Source: Candidatus Saccharimonadota bacterium (GTDB lineage: Bacteria; Pseudomonadota; Gammaproteobacteria; Enterobacterales; Enterobacteriaceae). From it: a stretch of DNA of 32,000 nt. Shown here in pieces: positions 16,175 through 24,237 of this stretch; position 1 is the first letter of the stretch, and every line of letters begins with the position of its first letter. Below the pieces are notes generated by a model. The model was not told where the DNA came from. It worked only from the letters and a program-made list of their open reading frames with translations, and ran no database searches. Made by a program: the position numbers and the translations under genes. Location: NCBI RefSeq assembly GCF_039383305.1, contig NZ_CP135009.1, forward strand, positions 240,001 through 272,000. Reading direction: 5' to 3'.

Positions 16175-16414
16175 ATGAATAAAATCGATAATTCTATAAA
16201 AAAAATTCTTTCAAAACAATTTAATTACCCAATAAAAAAAATAAAAAATACCCATATTTTAAAAAAAAAATTTAAAGTTGATTCATTAGATATGATTGAA
16301 TTAATTATGTTACTTGAAGAAAAATTTAAACTGAAATTACATGATAGAAACTTTAATAAATTAAAAACTATACAAGATATTATTAACTATATAAATTTAA
16401 TTTTAAAAAAATAA
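16175..16414 (+). CDS. acpP: Acyl carrier protein
   Basis: 79 aa. The phosphopantetheine attachment motif is DSLDMIELIMLLEEKF (E. coli DSLDTVELVMALEEEF). It follows fabG. Confidence 0.9.
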   Translation: MNKIDNSIKKILSKQFNYPIKKIKNTHILKKKFKVDSLDMIELIMLLEEKFKLKLHDRNFNKLKTIQDIINYINLILKK

Positions 16415-16529
16415 TAAATTTTATATTAAAAAAATATTTTATATAAAAAATAAATTTTTTTTAAAAAAATAAATTTCAAAATACACTATTTAAATTCATA
16501 AAAATTTTAATTATCTTAAGAAGAAAATT

Positions 16530-17162
16530 ATGAAAAAAGGAAAATTTATTGTTTTAGAGGGATTAGAAGGCGCCGGAAAAACAAGTGCCTGTAAATATAT
16601 ACAAAATTTTTTATATAATTTCGGAATTAAAAAAACTTTATTAATCAGAGAACCTGGTAGTACTTTTTTATCTGAAAAAATACGAAAATTTATAAAATTT
16701 AATCCAAAAAATGAAATTTTAAATTATAAAACAATAGTTTTATTACTTTATGCATCACGCTTACATTTAACTGATACCATTATTAAACCAACTTTAAAAA
16801 AAGGTATTTGGGTAATTAGTGATCGTTATGAATTATCTACTTTTGCCTATCAAGGGCAAAATTCACAAAAAAGAATAAATTTTATTAAAAAAATTAGTTC
16901 TTTAATTTTAAAAAAATTTTATCCTAATTTAACGATATATTTAGATGTTTTACCTCATATAGGTTTAAAAAGAATTAAAAAAAGAGGGATTTTAGATAAT
17001 ATTGAAAAAAATAATATAAATTTTTTTCTAAAAGTTCAAAAAACTTATTTAAAATACTTTAAAAAAAAAGAAAATATTTTTATTAATGCTAATTTATCAC
17101 AAAATATGGTACAAAAAAATTTAAAACATATTTTATTAAAATGGTTAAAAAAAAATATATGA
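16530..17162 (+). CDS. tmk: Thymidylate kinase
   Basis: GKFIVLEGLEGAGKTS (P-loop), ...REPGST..., and DRYELSTFAYQG. The product is 210 aa. Confidence 0.93.
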   Translation: MKKGKFIVLEGLEGAGKTSACKYIQNFLYNFGIKKTLLIREPGSTFLSEKIRKFIKFNPKNEILNYKTIVLLLYASRLHLTDTIIKPTLKKGIWVISDRYELSTFAYQGQNSQKRINFIKKISSLILKKFYPNLTIYLDVLPHIGLKRIKKRGILDNIEKNNINFFLKVQKTYLKYFKKKENIFINANLSQNMVQKNLKHILLKWLKKNI

Positions 17163-18148
17163 AATTTCCTATTTCTTGGTTAAATAAATATTATGTTCAA
17201 ATTATTACTTTATTTATACAAAAAAAATTGCACCCCATTCTTTTATTTAAATCTACATATAATATTGGCATTCCAAAATTAATTTATGAATTAAGTTGTT
17301 TTATTTTATGCATAAAAAAAAAAAATTTTAATTATTGTAACGTTTGTTCTTCTTGTATTTTCATGAAATCTAAAAAACATCCTGATTTTTATATCATAGA
17401 AGAAAAGAAAAAGAAAAATATTGGTATTGATTTTATTCGTGATATAATTATAAAAATATATTCTACTGCACAACAAAGTAATGAAAAAATTTTATGGTTT
17501 ACAAATATTTTAAAATTAACTAAAGAAGCTATAAATACATTATTAAAAACTTTTGAAGAACCACCTAAAAATACATTTTTTTTTCTATATACTTCCAACA
17601 CTGAAAATATTCAAAAAACTTTATTAAGTAGAATGATTATATATAATATATCAGGAATTAAAGAAAAAAATGCATTATTATGGTTAAAAAAAAAAAATAA
17701 AAAAAAAAATTTTTCTCAAAAAAATCTAATAACTATTTTACGTTTATATAATTCTTCACCTTTTTCAGCAAATTTTTTTTTAAATAACATAATTTTTGAA
17801 CAACGTATTAAAATCATAAAAATTTTTAAAAATTATTTATTCTATAAAAAAAATTTATTATTAATTAATGCTTTTAAATATATTTACAATCCAGACGTAA
17901 TATTTTGGATTTGTTTCATTTTACTAGATGCTATAAAATTAATTAGTAAAAAAAAAATAAAAATTCAAAATATAGACCAAATTTTATTTTTAAAAAAAAT
18001 TGCAAAAAAATACTCATATCGGATTTTATATAAGATTTTAACTTCATGGTTAAAATGTAATTATCACATACATAATATTCCAGGAATAAATAAAGAAATT
18101 TTTATTATAGAACAAGTTTTATATACAACACTTCTTATCAAAAATTAA
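17159..18148 (+). CDS. holB: DNA polymerase III subunit delta-prime
   Basis: It follows tmk with an ATGA overlap. MKFPISWLNKYY compares with E. coli MRWYPWLRPDFE. It has the Zn-module remnant CNVCSSCIFMKSKKHPDFYII (CGHCRGCQLMQAGTHPDYYTL), LLKTFEEPP and TLLSR. The track start at 17141 is an upstream in-frame ATG inside tmk. Confidence 0.85.
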   Translation: MKFPISWLNKYYVQIITLFIQKKLHPILLFKSTYNIGIPKLIYELSCFILCIKKKNFNYCNVCSSCIFMKSKKHPDFYIIEEKKKKNIGIDFIRDIIIKIYSTAQQSNEKILWFTNILKLTKEAINTLLKTFEEPPKNTFFFLYTSNTENIQKTLLSRMIIYNISGIKEKNALLWLKKKNKKKNFSQKNLITILRLYNSSPFSANFFLNNIIFEQRIKIIKIFKNYLFYKKNLLLINAFKYIYNPDVIFWICFILLDAIKLISKKKIKIQNIDQILFLKKIAKKYSYRILYKILTSWLKCNYHIHNIPGINKEIFIIEQVLYTTLLIKN

Positions 18149-18184
18149 AATTTTATATTATAATATTTTTTTTAAGGATAAAAA

Positions 18185-18967
18185 ATGTTTTTAATTGATT
18201 CTCATTGCCATTTAAATTTATTAAATTTTAAAAAAAAAAAAATAAATAAAATATTAAAAAACGCATATTCAAAAAATATTAAAATTATTTTAACGATTTC
18301 TATTTCTTTAAAAAATTTTAAAAATTTATTACAAACTATAAAAAAAAAAAATATTTTTTTTTCTTGCGGATTACATCCCATATTAAAACATAATAAAAAA
18401 GATATAAAATTGATTAAAAAATTTTCTCAAATTAAAAAAGTTATTGCAATTGGAGAAACTGGTTTAGATTTTTTTCAAAAAAATCCACAAAAAATCAACC
18501 AAGAAAAACTTTTTAAAAAACATATTCAAATAGCTAAAAAATTAAACAAACCATTAATTGTACATAGTCGAGAAGCAAAAGATCAAACTATTAAAATTTT
18601 AAAATCTGAAAATGCATATTTATGTTCTGGAATTTTACATTCTTTTACGGAAGATATAAATATGATAAAAAAATTATTAGATTTAAATTTTTATATTTCT
18701 TTTTCTGGAATTATTACCTTTAAAAATTCTGATACTTTAAGAAAAACTTTAAAATTTGTACCTTTAAATCGTTTATTAATTGAAACAGATGCTCCATATT
18801 TAACTCCAGTACCGTATCGTGGAAAAGAAAATCAACCAAAATATTTATATGAAATTGCTAAATATATTTCAAAAATATTTAAAAAAAATATTATAGATTT
18901 TTCTAAAATTCTTAAAAAAAATTTTTTTACATTATTTAAATTATCAGCACTCAAATTCGAAAAATAA
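18185..18967 (+). CDS. ycfH: TatD-family metal-dependent hydrolase/DNase YcfH
   Basis: MFLIDSHCHL (HxH metal site), GETGLDF, PLIVHSREA and LLIETDAPYLTPVPYRGKENQP. It sits in the syntenic position after holB. Confidence 0.9.
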   Translation: MFLIDSHCHLNLLNFKKKKINKILKNAYSKNIKIILTISISLKNFKNLLQTIKKKNIFFSCGLHPILKHNKKDIKLIKKFSQIKKVIAIGETGLDFFQKNPQKINQEKLFKKHIQIAKKLNKPLIVHSREAKDQTIKILKSENAYLCSGILHSFTEDINMIKKLLDLNFYISFSGIITFKNSDTLRKTLKFVPLNRLLIETDAPYLTPVPYRGKENQPKYLYEIAKYISKIFKKNIIDFSKILKKNFFTLFKLSALKFEK

Positions 18968-19096
18968 ATTATATAATAAATGAATTATAATATTATAAAA
19001 AAATATTTCCATAAAAACATTTTTATATTATTTTATTTTTTTAAAAAAAATAAAATTTTTAAAAAACTTTTTTTACTTATTAAAATTAAAAAATTT

Positions 19097-19450
19097 ATGA
19101 AAATTGAAAAAATTTTTTCTCAAATAGTTTTAAATAAAAAAAAAAAAAAAATAATTTATCAAGATAAAATTGTAACTGCATTTAAAGATAAAAATCCTCA
19201 AGCACCAATACACATTTTAGTAATTCCAAATATTTTAATTCCTACAGCAAATGATATTACTAAAAAAAACAAACACTTTTTTACACATATGTTTTATGCA
19301 TCCTTAAAAATTACTAAAAAATTAAATATTCATAAAACAGGATATCGATTAATTTTCAATTGTAATGCACATGCAGGACAAGAAATCAAATATATACATT
19401 TACATATTTTAGGAGGAAAAAATTTAGGACCTATAATATGTAAATCTTAA
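19097..19450 (+). CDS. hinT: HIT-family purine nucleoside phosphoramidase HinT (YcfF)
   Basis: From the ATG at 19097, [50 protein letters not shown] compares with E. coli [50 protein letters not shown]. The histidine triad is YIHLHILGG. The 39-residue N-terminal extension in the track has no homology. Confidence 0.9.
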   Translation: [117 protein letters not shown]

Positions 19451-19465
19451 AATTTTTTAAAAAAA

Positions 19466-19520
19466 TTGATAGATCTGAAATATTATCTAAAAATAATATT
19501 AAATTTTAAAGATCTATCAA
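19466..19520. terminator. Long-loop inverted repeat between convergent hinT and asnS (TTGATAGATCT ... AGATCTATCAA)
   Basis: An 11-bp perfect inverted repeat with G/C content, separated by 33 nt of A/T. It lies exactly between two converging stop codons (19450 and 19544). Confidence 0.5.
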
Positions 19521-19543
19521 AATACTAAAATATTTTATAAAAA

Positions 19544-20935
19544 TTAAAAATTTAAATTTCCTGAAGTTCTAGGAAAAGGGATTATATCACGAATATTTTT
19601 TAAACCTGTTATATATAAAATTAACCTTTCAAATCCTAAACCAAATCCTGCATGCGGAATTGTCCCATATTTTCTTAAATCTTGATACCAAATATAATCT
19701 TTTTGTGTATCCTTTAATAATTTCATATTTTCTTTTAAAATTTCAAATTTATCTTCACGTTCAGAGCCACCAATTACTTCACCTACGTGAGGTAATAAAA
19801 CATCAAATGCAGATACTGTAATACCATCAGTATTTAATTTCATATAAAATGGTTTAATTTTTTTAGGATAATTATATATTATAATTGGCGCTTTAAAATA
19901 TACTTCTACTAAATATTTTTCATGTTCAGTACTAAAATCTATTCCCCAATAAATTTTTTCTAAAAATAAATGAGAATTTTTTAACAATATATTTAATGCT
20001 TCTTTATATTCAATATAAAAAAATTTTATATCTAAAAAAGATTGTAAACGAGAAATAATTTTTGTATTAATATTTTTATTTAAAAAAGATAAATCTAAAA
20101 AATTTTTTTTTAATACTTTTGATATAAGAAATTTTAATAATTTTTCAGAAAATTTAGAAATTTGATTAATATTAGAAAAAGCTTCTTCTATTTCTAACAT
20201 CCAAAATTCCGCTAAATGTTTACGTGTATTAGAATTCTCTGCTCTAAAAACAGGACCAAAAGAATATACTTTAGATAATGCGCAAGCATAAGCTTCTAAA
20301 GTTAATTGACCTGAAACAGTTAAAAATGCAGTACGATTAAAAAAATTTTTTTTATGTTTTTTTTTTTGATATTCATAATTTTTCATATCTAACATAGAAA
20401 TTTTAAACATCTCCCCGGCACCTTCTGTATTAATACTAGTTATAATTGGTGTAGATATCCAAAAATATTTCTTAGATTGAAAAAATTTATGTATATTAAA
20501 AAATATTGTATTTCTAATGCGAGTAATAGCTCCTATAATATTAGTTCTAGGACGTAAATGACAAAAATTTCGTAAATGCTCTAACGTATGTTTTTTTGCA
20601 GACATAGGATACTTTTGAGGACTTAAAATTTTTCCTATTACATGCACAGAAATAGCTTTAATTTCATAAATATTTATACTTGAAGGTGAAAAAATCAAAA
20701 TACCTTTTATAATTACTGAACATCCAATAGTTAATTTTAAAATTTCAGTAAAATAATTTGATAAAGAATTTTTGATAACTACTTGAATTGAATTAAAAAT
20801 AGATCCATCATATACATTTAAAAAAGAAATTCCAGATTTTGAATCACGACGACTACGAACCCAACCACGAATTAAAATTATTTCATTAATATTTTTTTTT
20901 TTTAAAAAAATCTCGGAAAGAGACGTTACTTTCAT
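19544..20935 (-). CDS. asnS: Asparaginyl-tRNA synthetase
   Basis: 463 aa (E. coli 466). It has class II motifs ...FRAENSNTRKHLAEFWMLEIE..., GGSEREDK and HAGFGLGFERLILYITGLKNIRDIIPFPRT. Confidence 0.97.
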   Translation of the reverse strand: MKVTSLSEIFLKKKNINEIILIRGWVRSRRDSKSGISFLNVYDGSIFNSIQVVIKNSLSNYFTEILKLTIGCSVIIKGILIFSPSSINIYEIKAISVHVIGKILSPQKYPMSAKKHTLEHLRNFCHLRPRTNIIGAITRIRNTIFFNIHKFFQSKKYFWISTPIITSINTEGAGEMFKISMLDMKNYEYQKKKHKKNFFNRTAFLTVSGQLTLEAYACALSKVYSFGPVFRAENSNTRKHLAEFWMLEIEEAFSNINQISKFSEKLLKFLISKVLKKNFLDLSFLNKNINTKIISRLQSFLDIKFFYIEYKEALNILLKNSHLFLEKIYWGIDFSTEHEKYLVEVYFKAPIIIYNYPKKIKPFYMKLNTDGITVSAFDVLLPHVGEVIGGSEREDKFEILKENMKLLKDTQKDYIWYQDLRKYGTIPHAGFGLGFERLILYITGLKNIRDIIPFPRTSGNLNF

Positions 20936-21232
20936 TTTTTATTTTCCTAATTTTTAAAGTATAAATAAAATATTTTTATTATCTTTAAAATACTATTTTT
21001 TAAAAAAAATATATATAAATATTTTTAAAAATAAAATATTTTATATAAAAATAAAATTTTTTAAAATACAAAAAATAATCTTACAATATTTTATAAAACT
21101 TCATATAAAAAATTAAAAAATATTTTATTTTATACATGAAACATATATTATTTTCTTTATAATAAAAAATAATAATTTATATTTTTTTAAATTTAATTTA
21201 AAATTTAAAAATAAAATCAGAAAGAGAAAAAA

Positions 21233-23089
21233 ATGTTAGTAAATATTAAAAACGGAAAAATAAAATTTAATAAAATTCCAATTTTAAATAATATTAATCT
21301 TATAATACATCAAAAAGAAAAAATTTGTGTTTTAGGAAATAATGGTTCCGGGAAATCAACATTATTAAAAATTATTAAAAAAAAAATATTATTAGATGCA
21401 GGTTCTTTATTTATTAAAAAAGATCTTAAAATAGCATATTTATCACAAAATTTACCTAAACGTTCCAAAGAAACTATTTATGAATTTTTATGTAAAAACA
21501 TTAATAAAAAATATCGAGAACTTATAAATTTTCAAAATTTTTCAATAAAAAAAAAATCTAATTTAAAAAATTTTAATAATTTTTTTAATATTAATGAAAA
21601 AAAAATCTGGAAAAAATATTCAAAAATTAAAAAAATTATGAAAATTTTGCAATTAAAAAAAAATACACTTTTAAATTCTTTATCAGGAGGTTGGTTAAAA
21701 AAAGTTAATTTAGCAAAAATATTAATTCAAAAATCAGATTTATTATTACTAGATGAACCTACTAATCATTTAGATATTACTAGTATTGAATGGTTAGAAA
21801 AATATTTATTAAAATATAAAGGTGCAATTTTATTTACTTCTCATGATCGTGAATTTATTCATCATATTACACATAAAATTATTTATATTAACTTTAAAAC
21901 TTTAAACTTTTGGAAAATAAAAAATTTTAACGATTTTTTTAAAAAACTTAAACTTCAAGAAAATATTAATAATATTAAAAATTTAAAATTTCAAAAAAAA
22001 ATTAAAAAAGAAGAAATATGGTCAAAAAAAGGTATAAAAGCTAGAAGAACAAGAAATGAAGGACGTCTTAAAAAATTTATAGAATTAAAAAATGAATATG
22101 ATCAAATTGAAAAAACACAAGAAAGTTATCCAATTTTAATCAATTCTTTAGAAAGATCTAATAAAATTATTTTTAATCTTAAAAATATTTCTTTAATAAG
22201 AAATCAAAAATACTTAATAAAAAATTTTTCAGAAAAAATAATATATGGAGATAAAATTTCTTTAATAGGCTCGAATGGATGTGGAAAAAGTAGTTTTTTA
22301 AAATTACTATTAAAAAAAATTAATTTAACATCTGGTAAAATCAAGATTGGAAAAAATATTAAAATTTCTTATTTTGATCAGGAACGAAAAAATCTTAATA
22401 AAAAAAAAACTATTTTAGAAAATTTTTCTACAAATTTAAATAATATAAAATTTAAAAATCAAACATATAATATTTTTAGTTTATTAAAAAAATTTAATTT
22501 TTCTACTGAAAAAATCTATTCATTAGTACAAACTTTATCTGGTGGCGAAATTAATCGATTATTATTTTTAAAAATATTTTTAAAACCTAGTCATGTATTA
22601 ATATTAGATGAACCAACTAATGATTTAGATTTTACAACATTATCATTTTTAGAAAAAATCTTAAAATCTTATCCGGGAACAATTTTTCTAGTTAGTCATG
22701 ACCGAAATTTTATAAAAAATATTTCAAAAAAATTTTGGTATTTCCAAAAAAACGGTAAAATTACAATCGATTTAAACTATTATCCCAATATTTATAAAAA
22801 ATCAATAAATACTAAAAAAAAAATTAAAAAAAAAAATAAAAAAAAAAAAAATCTTAAAGACTCACAAAAATTAACATATAAATTAAAAAAAGAACTAAAG
22901 AATTTACCTCAAGAATTAGAAGAAATTGAAGCGCAAATACAAAAAATTGAAAAAAAAATCATTCAAAAAAATTTTTATCAACAGAATCCTATCGTAATTA
23001 AAAAAATCTTTTTAAAATTATCAAATAAAAAAAAAAAAATAAAAAAAAAATTTTTAAGATGGGAATTTCTAGAAAACTTAAAAAAATAA
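21233..23089 (+). CDS. uup: ABC-F family ATPase Uup
   Basis: It has two ABC cassettes: GNNGSGKSTLLK / LSGGWLKKVNLAKIL...LLLDEPTNHLD and GSNGCGKSSFLK / LSGGEINRLLFLKIF...LILDEPTNDLD. It ends in a Lys-rich coiled-coil tail. The product is 618 aa against 635 aa for E. coli Uup. Confidence 0.9.
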   Translation: MLVNIKNGKIKFNKIPILNNINLIIHQKEKICVLGNNGSGKSTLLKIIKKKILLDAGSLFIKKDLKIAYLSQNLPKRSKETIYEFLCKNINKKYRELINFQNFSIKKKSNLKNFNNFFNINEKKIWKKYSKIKKIMKILQLKKNTLLNSLSGGWLKKVNLAKILIQKSDLLLLDEPTNHLDITSIEWLEKYLLKYKGAILFTSHDREFIHHITHKIIYINFKTLNFWKIKNFNDFFKKLKLQENINNIKNLKFQKKIKKEEIWSKKGIKARRTRNEGRLKKFIELKNEYDQIEKTQESYPILINSLERSNKIIFNLKNISLIRNQKYLIKNFSEKIIYGDKISLIGSNGCGKSSFLKLLLKKINLTSGKIKIGKNIKISYFDQERKNLNKKKTILENFSTNLNNIKFKNQTYNIFSLLKKFNFSTEKIYSLVQTLSGGEINRLLFLKIFLKPSHVLILDEPTNDLDFTTLSFLEKILKSYPGTIFLVSHDRNFIKNISKKFWYFQKNGKITIDLNYYPNIYKKSINTKKKIKKKNKKKKNLKDSQKLTYKLKKELKNLPQELEEIEAQIQKIEKKIIQKNFYQQNPIVIKKIFLKLSNKKKKIKKKFLRWEFLENLKK

Positions 23090-23130
23090 AAAATTTCTTA
23101 TATATAACACTATAAATAATATAAAAATAA

Positions 23131-23177
23131 TCTTAACAGTATATTTAAAAATATTAAATATTTAAAATCTGTTAAGA
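23131..23177. terminator. Inverted repeat between convergent uup and trhO (TCTTAACAG ... CTGTTAAGA)
   Basis: A 9-bp perfect inverted repeat with G/C content. The 29-nt A/T spacer contains its own ATATTTAA/TTAAATAT pairing. Confidence 0.5.
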
Positions 23178-23209
23178 CTAATTTTAAAAAATAAAATTAT
23201 TTTTATTTT

Positions 23210-24145
23210 TTAGATATTTTTGCATTTCTCAGAACAAAAAAAATTAAATTTTTTAGAACAAGAATTACATTGAATAAATAATAAATGACAAAAATTATTT
23301 CTACAATTAATATATTTATTATTTGTAATTTTTTTACAATTTTTACATTTGGTAAAAATATCTGAAGTAACTTTTTCTTCTAAACGAGCATCAAATACAA
23401 ATAACTTTCCTAAAAAATAAATTGGTAAATTTTTTATTTTTGCTTCATGTATATATCCTAAAATCCCCCCAAAAATTTGAAAAACATTTTTGAAATTATA
23501 ATATAGTAAAAGAGAAGTAGCTTTTTCACATCTAATACCTCCTGTACAATATAAAATAATATTTTTTTTTTTATAATCTTTTAAAAAATTATGTAAATTT
23601 TTTAATTGAATTTTGAAAGTCTGAGAAGGATAAGTTATAGAATTTTTAAAATGCCCTATATAATATTCATAATGATTACGCATATCTACTAAAATAGCAT
23701 TTTTTTTATGTATATATTGATTAACTTGTTCAGCATTTAAATATTTTCCAACTCTATTTCTATCAAAAATAAAATTTTTTATTTTACTAGACAAAATTTG
23801 TGATCGTATTTTAATAATTAATTTCCAAAAAGATATTTTTTTATTTGATAGTTCCCTCTGAAAATTAATATTATTTAATTTTATATCTAAATTTTTAATA
23901 AATAATTTAATAAATTTTAAAAAATACCATGGAATACTAATTTGTGCATTAATTCCTTCTTTAGAAATATAAATTCTTCCTAATATATTTTTTTTAATAA
24001 AAATTTTTTTAATTTTATTAGAAAATTCAGTTGGATTTTTTATAAAAAAATATTTATAAAAAGATAAAACATATCTTAAAAATAACTCTTTTAATACTTT
24101 CTTTTTTAATTCTAAACTTGAAATATATTTTTTTTGTACAGACAT
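23210..24145 (-). CDS. trhO: Rhodanese-domain tRNA uridine(34) hydroxylase TrhO (YceA/UPF0176)
   Basis: SFYKYFFIKNP, GRIYISKEGINAQISIP, VDMRNHYEYYIGHFKNS and the active-site loop YCTGGIRCEKA. The Cys-rich C-terminus is CKNCKK...CRNNFCHLLFIQCNSC. It is collinear with E. coli YceA. Confidence 0.88.
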   Translation of the reverse strand: MSVQKKYISSLELKKKVLKELFLRYVLSFYKYFFIKNPTEFSNKIKKIFIKKNILGRIYISKEGINAQISIPWYFLKFIKLFIKNLDIKLNNINFQRELSNKKISFWKLIIKIRSQILSSKIKNFIFDRNRVGKYLNAEQVNQYIHKKNAILVDMRNHYEYYIGHFKNSITYPSQTFKIQLKNLHNFLKDYKKKNIILYCTGGIRCEKATSLLLYYNFKNVFQIFGGILGYIHEAKIKNLPIYFLGKLFVFDARLEEKVTSDIFTKCKNCKKITNNKYINCRNNFCHLLFIQCNSCSKKFNFFCSEKCKNI

Positions 24146-24237
24146 ATATTTATAACATTCCTAAAAAGATTATATAAAACAATTATAAAAATTTTTAAAA
24201 ATTTAAAATTTTATTATAAAAAAATTAATTTATTTTT

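Noticed and set aside
17389-17601. 70-aa minus-strand ORF
   Set aside because: It is antisense within holB and has no motif.
18980-19096. 39-residue N-terminal extension of hinT in the track (start at 18980)
   Set aside because: Homology to HinT begins exactly at the ATG at 19097 ([11 protein letters not shown] against [11 protein letters not shown]). The extension is low-complexity and has no counterpart.
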